A DNA stretch of 64,000 nt from Candidatus Micrarchaeota archaeon (GTDB lineage: Archaea; Micrarchaeota; Micrarchaeia; Micrarchaeales; CABMGC01). The translations under genes and the position numbers were made by a program. Every line of letters begins with the position of its first letter. The first letter of the stretch is position 1. The stretch covers positions 45,929-109,928 of the forward strand of contig JAKAON010000001.1 of the NCBI GenBank assembly GCA_021812185.1, in the 5' to 3' direction. This document shows, piece by piece, positions 17,975-27,229 of the stretch. The notes under the pieces were generated by a model. It was not told the origin of the DNA. It searched no databases and worked only from the letters and a program-made list of their open reading frames with translations.

Positions 17975-18790
17975 ATGAATAAGAACCTTTATTTGATTGT
18001 CATACTTGCTATGCTATTTGGCAGCGCGGAGGCAGGCACTGTTATTCTTTCTGGATCATGCGCCACTGCAACATCAAACAACAGTCTTACGTTTATATTA
18101 TCAAACAGCGGCAATGACACAGCTGCGAATCTTGTTCTTGTACCGTATCTAAGCGGCGCTACTGCTAAAAGTAACCTTTACAGTATTCCAAGCATAGGAG
18201 AGAATTCTACGATAAAATTCAATGTTAGTTTCTCTCCAAGAGGGCTTCCCGGGACATATTCTGATTATTTCGTGCTTGGATATGAACAGGGAAGCGGACA
18301 GGAATTCAGCGCACTTTTTCCATGCCTTGTAAGCATTGAGAAGGATACAGTGTCCGAAGTATATGCATCTGCAAACGTCACGGACATGGGAAAAGTACAG
18401 AATGTCAATGTCAGCATATTCAATAACGGCCCGTTCGCGCTTCAGGTTAATGTGTCGCTTCTGCTTCCGCCCACCCTGATTCAGAATTCTACTCAAAACA
18501 TGTCTGTTGAATTGACGCCCTTTATGCAAAAAACTTTGGATTTCCCGGTTAAAACGCCTCCTAGCGGATCGTCATACTCGGCAGCCGTAGCAGTACAATA
18601 TGCTTTGAAAGGAGAGCATTACGCGTATCAAACCATATTCGTAATTTCTGGGCACAATGCCCAAAATTCTGCAAGCATATACTCTTACCTGCCCTTCGCA
18701 TTGATGATACTTGCCATAGCCGTAGTTTTGATATTGTTAGGAAGAACGGTTGTACAAAGACGTAAGAGGAGCGCACAGAAAAGCGCTTGA
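17975..18790 (+). CDS. Surface glycoprotein candidate (two CARDB/S-layer-like repeats, C-terminal TM anchor)
   Basis: Signal peptide ending SAEA, 9 N-x-S/T sequons by hand count, and C-terminal LPFALMILAIAVVLILLG followed by RTVVQRRKR. Confidence 0.55.
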   Translation: MNKNLYLIVILAMLFGSAEAGTVILSGSCATATSNNSLTFILSNSGNDTAANLVLVPYLSGATAKSNLYSIPSIGENSTIKFNVSFSPRGLPGTYSDYFVLGYEQGSGQEFSALFPCLVSIEKDTVSEVYASANVTDMGKVQNVNVSIFNNGPFALQVNVSLLLPPTLIQNSTQNMSVELTPFMQKTLDFPVKTPPSGSSYSAAVAVQYALKGEHYAYQTIFVISGHNAQNSASIYSYLPFALMILAIAVVLILLGRTVVQRRKRSAQKSA

Positions 18791-18793
18791 ACG

Positions 18794-20596
18794 CTAATTT
18801 TTGTAGTTGAGCATCTGATAGTACCCAAAGGAGTAGTTCTGCCCAGATTGAGTGTAATTTTGCACTACAAGAGGCTTGAGGCGATAGTTAGTGGTGTACC
18901 CAGAACATTTGCTGCTGATTTCAGGAGGCACATTGCACCAATATCCAACATCCATTACAAAACACCTGAAATTGCTTGCAAACTTAGTGAAGTTCGGATC
19001 GCTAGAGCCCAGCATGCCTATTTGGGCTGAACTTATATTTTGTTCAATCCACATGTCAGGAGTGTAGCTAAAGACAAGGCAGTTTGCCGGCACCTTGCTG
19101 TAGTTGGAATAGAAGAAAGACATTGCATTGAGTATTACGGTTTGCTGAGGTTGCTGTGATGGAGTAATTGCCAATTCATTAAAGCTTGCGGCGAAGGGCA
19201 GTATTAGTAGTGCGATTATGATAATTGAGTATGTGAGGTATGAGAGCACAAGCTTTGGCTTTTCCAATTTCCATTTTATTCCACTGATTGTTTTTGGCAG
19301 CAACCGAAATATGTTGCTTGCCTCTGATATGCACACTCCTGCAAGCAAGGCAATCGGAGGCATGATTTCGAGCATGAACCTAACGTCCACCCCATATGTC
19401 ACTGCCCCGGCATAGAAGAAATCGTAGAATATATGGTAGACTAGTATCCAAGATATTGCAATTAGCATCACGTTGTACATCTCGTTCTTCCTGAATATCG
19501 AATATATGATAAGCACCAATAAACCAACCAATGCAAGGGCAGTGGTAGCTTGCGGAAACATCACAGGGTAGAATCCCACCGTGTTGAAAGTACCTGCAAA
19601 GTAACATATGTTTGGTCCGAACGCATGCCCGAATAAGGTGCACGTGCCATAACCGTTTACCCCAAATACACTGGCGTTGAATATCGACAGCGAGAATAAG
19701 CCGCTTGATGATTGGCCGAACTGAGGATTTGAAAGTTGGTATGATATGAAGTATGCTTCAGGGGCTATTGCGAGCAGGAAGACCAGCAAGACGAGCATGA
19801 AACCCATTTCGCGATCGAACTTCTTTATTATATCCTCTGCTCTTCTCAACAATCCTTGATTGTTACTGTCATCGCTCATGAATAGGTACAAGAATCCGAA
19901 TATGGCTATGAGCAGCACCCCTTCAAGGCGCATGTACATAGTTATTGCAAGCGAAGAAAGGAATGCAGATAGAGTGTATGCGTTCTTCTTTTCCCTGAAT
20001 ATCAGGAAGAAAAAGAATGTTATGATTGTGAATAACATAAATATTAAGTTAGGAACTGCCTGGGTTCTTGACCAGATAAAAAGTTCTGGCAATAGCGCGA
20101 ATGCTAGTGTCGAAGCCACTGCTGCCTTTTTGTCGCGGAATGCAATAGAGGCTAGGAGAAACATGAATATTATCGACAGCAATCCTATTGCAAGCTCCAT
20201 GTTGTACGCAGTACCTATACCGACTCCGAAGAGGGCGAATGCCACAGCAAGGAAGAAAGATATCCCCGCAGGATCATGATATATTTGGCTGTTTGGGCAA
20301 TTGATTGCATATCCGCTGCTATACTGGCACCACACCGCATTCCCGTTATGGAGTATGTTGAGAGCTATTCCCTGGTATATGTTCTCGTCGAAATATAACT
20401 CTTCCACAGGATGAATGTATAGTATTGAGAAGGACACAAAGAATATTGCTATTAGGAGCAAGGCCGCAAGAGATTGCTTATTTATCCTTCCTTTGAGAGA
20501 GCTTGCGATTAAATCGGATGATTTGACCACAGAGTATAATAAGAGTATCAGCATCCCTGCGAGCGCGATTGTGACTGCATATCCGAACAAGAGCAT
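18794..20596 (-). CDS. GT-C fold membrane glycosyltransferase (PMT/ArnT-like, GT39/83-like)
   Basis: More than 10 predicted TM segments. The first loop carries YFDENIYQGIALNILHNGN (DE motif). About 180 aa form a C-terminal extracytoplasmic domain. There is no WWDYG motif, so this is not AglB. Confidence 0.65.
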   Translation of the reverse strand: MLLFGYAVTIALAGMLILLLYSVVKSSDLIASSLKGRINKQSLAALLLIAIFFVSFSILYIHPVEELYFDENIYQGIALNILHNGNAVWCQYSSGYAINCPNSQIYHDPAGISFFLAVAFALFGVGIGTAYNMELAIGLLSIIFMFLLASIAFRDKKAAVASTLAFALLPELFIWSRTQAVPNLIFMLFTIITFFFFLIFREKKNAYTLSAFLSSLAITMYMRLEGVLLIAIFGFLYLFMSDDSNNQGLLRRAEDIIKKFDREMGFMLVLLVFLLAIAPEAYFISYQLSNPQFGQSSSGLFSLSIFNASVFGVNGYGTCTLFGHAFGPNICYFAGTFNTVGFYPVMFPQATTALALVGLLVLIIYSIFRKNEMYNVMLIAISWILVYHIFYDFFYAGAVTYGVDVRFMLEIMPPIALLAGVCISEASNIFRLLPKTISGIKWKLEKPKLVLSYLTYSIIIIALLILPFAASFNELAITPSQQPQQTVILNAMSFFYSNYSKVPANCLVFSYTPDMWIEQNISSAQIGMLGSSDPNFTKFASNFRCFVMDVGYWCNVPPEISSKCSGYTTNYRLKPLVVQNYTQSGQNYSFGYYQMLNYKN

Positions 20597-20599
20597 TTG

Positions 20600-22294
20600 C
20601 TACACCTTTTTCTCAACGAAGAAATCCCCCAGGAACATGTATCTCGTGTTGGTACTCTTCATAGTCGTTATTGCATCTTGAGGGGTCATCACAATCGGCA
20701 AGCCGTGTATGTTGAAGCTGGTGTTGAGGACCACACCGTATCCTGTTCTCTTCTTTACGCCACTTAACATATTCCTATATCTTGGATTTTCATCGCCGAC
20801 CATTTGGGGCCTTGCAGTCATATCCACATGCACAACAGACTTCATGACATCGGCCTTCTCCTTTCTGACCCTGTATGCCATCGTCATGAACTTATTGAAT
20901 TCGCCTACGTCCTCCAAAAGCACATTAGCTTCCTCCTCGAGCATCGACGGGGCGAAGGGTTGGAACCACTCTCTTTGTTTTACATGCAAATTAAGCCTCT
21001 CCTTTACGTCATCGGAACCTGCTTTTGCGACTATGCTCCTATTGCCAAGTGCCCTAGGCCCATACTCCATGCGGCCTTGGAACCAGAACACATAGTTGTT
21101 CTTTGACACTAATTCAGCAGCATGCCCTTCTACGCTCCTACCTTCATCCTCGAATTTTAATCCCTTCTCCTTTCTCAATGCATTGCGTATCTCTTCATTG
21201 CTGTAATTCTCGCCAAGATATGCGTTGAAATCGTAATGTATGATGTCATTTAGCATGTAGTTTGCGTGCATCGCTGCGCCAAGTGCTATGCCGCCATCCC
21301 CCATATGTGGGAATATGAATACCTTTTCAATGCCGTCTATCTCTCTTATCTTCATGTTGGCCTTGACATTTGACATTATTCCACCAGCCAACGAGAAATC
21401 CCTTATCCCGTATTCAGAATATATGTTGTTGAAGAACTTTTGCAATGTGACTTCGAGAACTTGCTGGGCCATGTATGCAAATTGCTCCTTTGGAGTACTC
21501 CAGGCTATTCTCTCAAGCATGTCGTATTGTGATATTGGCCCGTATTTAGCCGCGATTTTTGTGCCGTCCACACTGAAGAAATCCTTGAGTTTATTCTTCT
21601 CGAACCCAAATGGGTATGAAAAGTCTGCCATTGCCATAATCTTGCCTTCGTCCTCAAGTTCACGCATGCCAAGAATGTTGGTAACCTGTTCATAGAATAT
21701 GCCAAGTGAATCCCTTGCAGCTATTGGAAATTCGCGTTTGAGTTCGCCTCGTTTGAAAGTGCTTACTGATCCGCTGTTTCCATCACCGACCCCATCAATT
21801 GTGACTACCATGGATTTTTTGTAACCTGAAGTGAATGCTGCGCTTGAAGCGTGGGCAGTGTGATGGTCCACGCTATATAGATGGAAGTTTGAAAATCCCA
21901 TATTGCTAAGCTCTTTGCGTATAGCATACTTGCTAAGTGCATCGCATAGAGGAAGCACGCCTATCGAGGTCATGGCGTATTTGGTGTAGTGCATTAGATG
22001 CTCAAACCTCGGCTTTAGCATCTTCCTTCTCCTGAACTGGTAATATTTCTCCTTCTGCATGGGGAATATCCTTGAGATTGTCTTGGTTAGCTCGGTTGTT
22101 GGAAATGCAACGATTTCGACGTCGCTTGGCTTTATGCCTTCGTATTTGAGTGCTGCATTTATGGAGTTGTATGGGAATTTGACCTCAAGTTTACGTTTTG
22201 TGAACCTCTCCTCGTTAGCTGCATATATTATCCTGTCCCCGTCAAGCAATGCAGCCCCCGAATCATGCCCATCCCAAATACCAAGAATATACAT
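20600..22294 (-). CDS. Carbamoyltransferase (NodU/CmcH family)
   Basis: The N-terminus MYILGIWDGHDSGAALLDGDRIIYAANEERFTKRK, HHTAHASSAF and the C-terminal LNTSFNIHGLPIV are typical of the family. Confidence 0.85.
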   Translation of the reverse strand: MYILGIWDGHDSGAALLDGDRIIYAANEERFTKRKLEVKFPYNSINAALKYEGIKPSDVEIVAFPTTELTKTISRIFPMQKEKYYQFRRRKMLKPRFEHLMHYTKYAMTSIGVLPLCDALSKYAIRKELSNMGFSNFHLYSVDHHTAHASSAAFTSGYKKSMVVTIDGVGDGNSGSVSTFKRGELKREFPIAARDSLGIFYEQVTNILGMRELEDEGKIMAMADFSYPFGFEKNKLKDFFSVDGTKIAAKYGPISQYDMLERIAWSTPKEQFAYMAQQVLEVTLQKFFNNIYSEYGIRDFSLAGGIMSNVKANMKIREIDGIEKVFIFPHMGDGGIALGAAMHANYMLNDIIHYDFNAYLGENYSNEEIRNALRKEKGLKFEDEGRSVEGHAAELVSKNNYVFWFQGRMEYGPRALGNRSIVAKAGSDDVKERLNLHVKQREWFQPFAPSMLEEEANVLLEDVGEFNKFMTMAYRVRKEKADVMKSVVHVDMTARPQMVGDENPRYRNMLSGVKKRTGYGVVLNTSFNIHGLPIVMTPQDAITTMKSTNTRYMFLGDFFVEKKV

Positions 22295-22409
22295 AGAATC
22301 CTTTAAAAATTTTTAATTGCAGACAGTATATAATACCAATTATAGAGACTTGATAGAAATATATATTGGATAGCCAGAATAGATTATTGAAAAGTTGCAT
22401 GTTGGTTTT

Positions 22410-23099
22410 ATGAAAGCAGTAATACTTGCGGGTGGGCAGTCCAAGAGGCTTAGACCTCTTACAGACGACAAGCCAAAGACTATGGTGGAGATAGGGGGAA
22501 GGCCGATAATAGAGTGGCAGATAGATTGGCTTAAATCGCATGGAGTCACGTCTTTTGTAATACTTGCAAACTACAAGAGAGACGTATTGATAAACCATCT
22601 TGGGAGCGGGGAGAAATTTGGCATAAAGACCGCATTCGCGATAGAGGATGGTCCGCTTGGTACAGGAGGGGCGCTCAAGAATGCTGCCCACATACTGAGC
22701 TCAGATAAGGAATTCCTTATGGTAAATGGAGATGTGATATCCGATATTGATGTAGGGCATTTGAAGCTTGGCGCTAATGACGTCGCAGCGCTTTCACTTG
22801 TTCCGCTAAAAAGCCCATATGGAGTAATCCAAACTGACAATTCCAAGATAACAAGATTTGATGAGAAGCCTACGCTCAATGAGTTCTGGATAAATGCAGG
22901 GATATATCTAATGTCAAGTGAGATATTTGATTATCTGCCTGAAAAGGGAGATATGGAGAAGACAGCCTTCCCAGAACTTGCAAAGGAGAACAGGCTTGCA
23001 GGAATAAAATTTGATTCTGCATACTGGAGGTCGGTAGACACAGTCAAGGATGTTGAGGAAGTAGGCAAGGATCTCGAAGGGAGAAAACTGATAAAATAG
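22410..23099 (+). CDS. Sugar-1-phosphate nucleotidyltransferase
   Basis: MKAVILAGGQSKRLRPLTDDKPKTMVEIGGRPIIEW is a canonical signature. The track start is TTG 22395; ATG 22410 is preferred. Confidence 0.85.
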   Translation: MKAVILAGGQSKRLRPLTDDKPKTMVEIGGRPIIEWQIDWLKSHGVTSFVILANYKRDVLINHLGSGEKFGIKTAFAIEDGPLGTGGALKNAAHILSSDKEFLMVNGDVISDIDVGHLKLGANDVAALSLVPLKSPYGVIQTDNSKITRFDEKPTLNEFWINAGIYLMSSEIFDYLPEKGDMEKTAFPELAKENRLAGIKFDSAYWRSVDTVKDVEEVGKDLEGRKLIK

Positions 23100-23151
23100 T
23101 TACGCAGCTTTTTGGCAGTTAATTATTTCTTTAGATTTTTACTTGACCTTT

Positions 23152-24225
23152 TTAAATGAGGCTTGTTACGTTTCCGACTAATGTTTGATATGCCTCGCAT
23201 GCCGTCCATGCGTCAGGTTCCTTACCTTCTTTTATCAGCTTTCTTACTTCCGCAGCCTCGGCATTGTTCCATAGATCGGCAAGAGAGTACTTTGTTTCTC
23301 TTATATTGCCTATTTTTCTGCCCCACATGATGGAAGGGTAGACATTCCCATAGCTGTCCATGAATAATGATGCGTCCAGGCTCTTGCTTTTCATGGGGAG
23401 TTTTCCGGTCTCAGAGTATTTAACCAGCTTCTTTAGGTATGCATTCTCTATTATGGGAATTGCGCCTAACTCGAATTCCCTATGTTTCAATAGCCATCTT
23501 ATGTCACTTGCAACTATTTCTTTTTGTGGTGAAATCTCCATCTCCTTGTTTGAGTAGTATATGTCAGAAACCTGGCCGACGTTCAAATGGAAATCGTTGT
23601 ATCTTATGTTTGGTATGTCGAGCTTTACGTTTTGATATACTTTCTCAAACTGGCCTTGGTTGAACTTGCTTATAGTATATCCAAATACAGTGAATAGGTT
23701 GCTGTGGGTCTTCTTGAGTTCTTGAAGACGTTTCCACATGTCTATGCATTTATCGTAGTTGCCAGGAACTCCCCTTATCATATCATGCAGTTCCCTGTCT
23801 CCGTCAAGGCTTACAGTAACGGAAAGCCTAGGTAACCCAGTATCCAATATTTCTTCTATCTTCCTTAGTACAACATCGTGATTTATGAGCGAGTTTGTAG
23901 GTATGGTCACTATGTAAAGATCCTTGCAATTTTCCTTGAACGCCTTGACTATTTCAACGACATCCCCCCTCATGAATGGCTCGCCCCCAGTTATCTCTAT
24001 CCACTTGAATTGGGAATTTGCCTTGGCGAATTCCTTTATCTCATCTAATGTAAGTTCGCCCTTCGGTCTAATTTGCCATATGTTGCAAGTAAGACACCTG
24101 GAATTGCACCAATAGCTAATTGAAAAGGTAAGTTTGTATGGCTTGCTTAGGCTAATGAAGTTGTTTTTGAGTGCGGTCATTCCGAGGCCGACAAACCTTG
24201 CAGTGCCACGATTATTTTGTGTCAT
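23152..24225 (-). CDS. Radical SAM enzyme
   Basis: The CNSRCLTCNIW (CxxxCxxC) cluster motif is followed by ITGGEPF. The C-terminal region has only a sparse Cys content (no full SPASM motif). Confidence 0.8.
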   Translation of the reverse strand: MTQNNRGTARFVGLGMTALKNNFISLSKPYKLTFSISYWCNSRCLTCNIWQIRPKGELTLDEIKEFAKANSQFKWIEITGGEPFMRGDVVEIVKAFKENCKDLYIVTIPTNSLINHDVVLRKIEEILDTGLPRLSVTVSLDGDRELHDMIRGVPGNYDKCIDMWKRLQELKKTHSNLFTVFGYTISKFNQGQFEKVYQNVKLDIPNIRYNDFHLNVGQVSDIYYSNKEMEISPQKEIVASDIRWLLKHREFELGAIPIIENAYLKKLVKYSETGKLPMKSKSLDASLFMDSYGNVYPSIMWGRKIGNIRETKYSLADLWNNAEAAEVRKLIKEGKEPDAWTACEAYQTLVGNVTSLI

Positions 24226-24340
24226 TTTGGTTCACATTGTTATAATATATTAGAATGCCCGTAGTGGATATACATTTAATTGTATCTAAATCGTATTAAT
24301 AGTTTTGTTTGCATTAACTTTCATAGAGTTTTGCATATTT

Positions 24341-24412
24341 GCTCCAGTAGCTCAGTGGTAGAGCGCCTGCATGGTAAGCAGAAGGTCGCGAGTTCGACTC
24401 TCGTCTGGGGCT
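24341..24412 (+). tRNA. tRNA-Thr (anticodon GGU)
   Basis: Hand fold: acceptor GCUCCAG/CUGGGGC, D-arm GCUC/GAGC, anticodon loop AUGGUAA, T-arm GCGAG-UUCGACU-CUCGU, discriminator U. No encoded CCA. Confidence 0.85.
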
Positions 24413-24552
24413 TAATCTACTTTTTACGCCGTATATTTTATCAAATCTGCTTGAAGTTTAATCGCTTTGAGCGATTTTTATCAGATGAGCATATAAAAAT
24501 AATCAATAAATAATAACTTTTTTAATTTAAATTATTAAGTTTTATGGCGACA

Positions 24553-24563
24553 AAAGTATATAT
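24553..24563 (+). promoter_or_regulatory. TATA-like box (aaagtatatat) upstream of 24603 gene
   Basis: The same 11-mer occurs at 12560-12570 and 14620-14630. It lies ~40 nt upstream of GTG 24603. Confidence 0.3.
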
Positions 24564-24602
24564 TAGTATGAGTTAAATTAAATCTAATTGTAGGTTCTAA
24601 AA

Positions 24603-25241
24603 GTGATACAATATCTTCCTTTACTAATTGCTGCAGCGATTGTTGGAATATTGCACATGTCGGCACCAGATCATTGGTTAACTCTCGCAATGTTAGGCAG
24701 ATCACAGAAATGGAAACATGATAGATTGTTTAAAACATCGATTATAACAGGAATTGGTCATGTCACACTGTCGTTATTTTTGGGATTTACTATAGTTGGA
24801 TTAGGGTTGCTTGTTTCAAATTCAACTCTTAAAGACATAACATACATTATAGGATTGATTATGTTAGTATCGGGGACGTTATACGCTGCTAGGGCATTGC
24901 AAAATAATGAGAAATTTGACTATTCGGAGCACACAAATGAAACGCTAAAGAAAAATGCCAGTTATCTTGCGATTCTTGGAGCAGCACTTTCTCCAGACTT
25001 ATCCGTATTACCAATATTTTTAATAGCAATTCCAATCGGACTTGGTTTCATGATAGAATTGGCGATTGTTTTTACAGTTTGTTCACTTATAACTCTGATA
25101 ATTTTTGTGTATCTTGGTCACTTACTAATAGAACATTCCAGATTTGCTAAGAAATTCGAGAAATTGCACCCCAAGTACAATGATGCTTTAGTAGGTATTG
25201 TAATAGCAATAGTCGGTATCTATGTGATCGTTTTTGGATAA
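24603..25241 (+). CDS. NiCoT/NicO-like metal transporter-like membrane protein
   Basis: About 6 TM segments. HMSAPDH in TM1 matches the H-x4-D-H nickel/cobalt transporter signature. Confidence 0.4.
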   Translation: MIQYLPLLIAAAIVGILHMSAPDHWLTLAMLGRSQKWKHDRLFKTSIITGIGHVTLSLFLGFTIVGLGLLVSNSTLKDITYIIGLIMLVSGTLYAARALQNNEKFDYSEHTNETLKKNASYLAILGAALSPDLSVLPIFLIAIPIGLGFMIELAIVFTVCSLITLIIFVYLGHLLIEHSRFAKKFEKLHPKYNDALVGIVIAIVGIYVIVFG

Positions 25242-25372
25242 ACATAAAAATGGTCGAAAACCATTATTCCCCATATAAATAGTGATGGCGAAAGTTTATC
25301 CTTGTGTCGTTTTTAATTCTGAGGATATGTTTTCTGACGATATTCTTGTAAAATGATATGAACGTGATATGT

Positions 25373-25933
25373 TTATAGTTCAAGTTTGTTTTTTAACGCA
25401 TTAATTTTTTCTGTGTTTTCGATAATTTGGGAGAATGCCATGCCAAATCGTTCTTTGTTTGAATAAAGATTTTTTACAAAAGTATCAAAATCTACTTCTT
25501 CGATTGCTATTTCCTCTCCGCCATCTAACTTCGGCTCGGAAACCTTAGTGCAATTCCTTGCAACATATAGGTAGGTGTAGAAATCTATGCGGGGATAGTT
25601 AAGGACATCAAAAGCATAGAGCTCCTCCCAAGTATCAGATCGAACTCCTGTTTCTTCAAGCAATTCTCTTTTTGCTGCGTCCAGAGGAAGTTCATTCTCC
25701 TCAATTCCCCCACCTGGCATAGTGTAATATGTTTTTTGCTCTCCAGGTCTTTTTTCTTTTGTCATTATTATTTTTCCTTGGTGAATAGCGATTATTTTTA
25801 CCCCATTTTTCCTGTGCTTCAAACCTTCGAAAGTAGCAGTTGTTCCATCGAACATTTTTTGAGGCCATTGATAGACTTCCCAAATTTCTCCCTTAAACGT
25901 CAACTTTGCATTTTCAGGCAGTTTTGATTTCAT
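25373..25933 (-). CDS. NUDIX hydrolase
   Basis: Nudix box GGGIEENELPLDAAKRELLEETGV. Confidence 0.85.
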   Translation of the reverse strand: MKSKLPENAKLTFKGEIWEVYQWPQKMFDGTTATFEGLKHRKNGVKIIAIHQGKIIMTKEKRPGEQKTYYTMPGGGIEENELPLDAAKRELLEETGVRSDTWEELYAFDVLNYPRIDFYTYLYVARNCTKVSEPKLDGGEEIAIEEVDFDTFVKNLYSNKERFGMAFSQIIENTEKINALKNKLEL

Positions 25934-26151
25934 TTTTATTACCTAAGCTTCGATAGCTAAATTAGAATATTGGTTTTTATATAGAGATAGTATCTGACGG
26001 GTTTTGGTTCGTTGTTGCTAAGTTCTTGATAAGTCTTTTGATGATTGCACCTACCTGTACACAAGAGTTATAAACCAAATATTATCCATCTTATAGCGTC
26101 TGGACGTCATTAATTTTGGCTGGACCAAGTTTTCAATTTTGAGATGGAGAT

Positions 26152-27216
26152 ATGGTTAAAAAGACCGCTAACGCGCATACCGATGCTGATATCATACATG
26201 GAGATAACGAACGTATAAATGCGCCACCTAGCTTAATTGACCTGTTCAAAAGTTCTCTTAGAGTTATGAAACCACTTGCATTGTCTGGCATACTGCTTTT
26301 GAATCCAGGAACTTTTGCAGCATCTTCGCATGCAGATCTTATATCGACCAACGCAACTACTGCAAATTTACAGATGATTGAAAGAGCATCTAATCCGGAA
26401 TTCGTTTCCAATACAATTCAGAGTAGATCGACTCGCACGCAAAACTGGGCAGGTTACATTGCATCGAATGGAATAAATGATCCGAAGGCAGGCGTAACAT
26501 ACGTAGCAGGAACGTGGGAAGTTCCAGTATTGTGGAACCAATGCGGATGGCAAGATACGTACCATCCAGCCAGATATTCTTTTGCGTGGTCGTCTCAGTG
26601 GATAGGCATAGGCGGACACTTTAAGGGAGACCATTCGCTAATCCAAATAGGGGTACAATCCAATTTCTACTTTGGCAAGAAGTCATACACGCTATTTTAC
26701 CAGACACGGGGCGATAAAGGCAGGTCGATAGACGTTAATGATTTCCACATAAAACCAAAGGACATAGTGCACGCACAAATACAGTTATTGGACAATAAGA
26801 AGAACACTTGGAAATTATCTATGGAGAACTTAACTGAAAAGACAAAACCGTTTTCTATAATCATAAATTACGACTCGAAAAGATTATCTGCAGAATGGAT
26901 TGAGGAAAGGCCTATAGGCCAAATTTTCGGGCAATGGTATCAGACTCCTCTGCCGGGATTCAATGCGATCAGATTCCTAGACCTAAGCACAAAAGATTCT
27001 AATTATGCAACTATAGGCAAAGTGAGCGGAGGAATATCCAAATTCGACGTAGAAAGAGTGACGTTGTGGGAAGTTGAAGATGGGACAAACATTGCACACG
27101 AATCAGCGATTCCTTCGAAGATCAGTCCTAATGGCAGGGCATTTTCTATATACAAATTGGATTGTTCATTGCCAGATCCAAAAGAAGTCGTTGTTCCATA
27201 TAAGAACAAATCTTGA
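26152..27216 (+). CDS. Peptidase G1 (eqolisin / glutamic peptidase)-like protein, paralogue 1
   Basis: TQNWAGYIA, SQWIGIGG, LIQIGV and LSAEWIEERP match the family landmark motifs. The N-terminal pro-region contains a hydrophobic segment. Confidence 0.65.
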   Translation: MVKKTANAHTDADIIHGDNERINAPPSLIDLFKSSLRVMKPLALSGILLLNPGTFAASSHADLISTNATTANLQMIERASNPEFVSNTIQSRSTRTQNWAGYIASNGINDPKAGVTYVAGTWEVPVLWNQCGWQDTYHPARYSFAWSSQWIGIGGHFKGDHSLIQIGVQSNFYFGKKSYTLFYQTRGDKGRSIDVNDFHIKPKDIVHAQIQLLDNKKNTWKLSMENLTEKTKPFSIIINYDSKRLSAEWIEERPIGQIFGQWYQTPLPGFNAIRFLDLSTKDSNYATIGKVSGGISKFDVERVTLWEVEDGTNIAHESAIPSKISPNGRAFSIYKLDCSLPDPKEVVVPYKNKS

Positions 27217-27229
27217 TATTCGGAGATTA

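Noticed and set aside
24280-24513. 77-aa plus-strand ORF in the track.
   Set aside because: It runs straight through tRNA-Thr (24341-24412) and AT-rich intergenic DNA, so it is spurious.
24413-24602. Possible integrated element attachment site after tRNA-Thr.
   Set aside because: No repeat of the tRNA 3' end was found by eye in the next 2 kb, and there is no integrase. Only the compositional dip is retained as a low-interest finding.
26030-26060. TGATGA (C-box-like) in the 218-bp intergenic region, raising the idea of a C/D-box sRNA.
   Set aside because: There is no correctly spaced CUGA D box, no C'/D' pair and no terminal stem on either strand.
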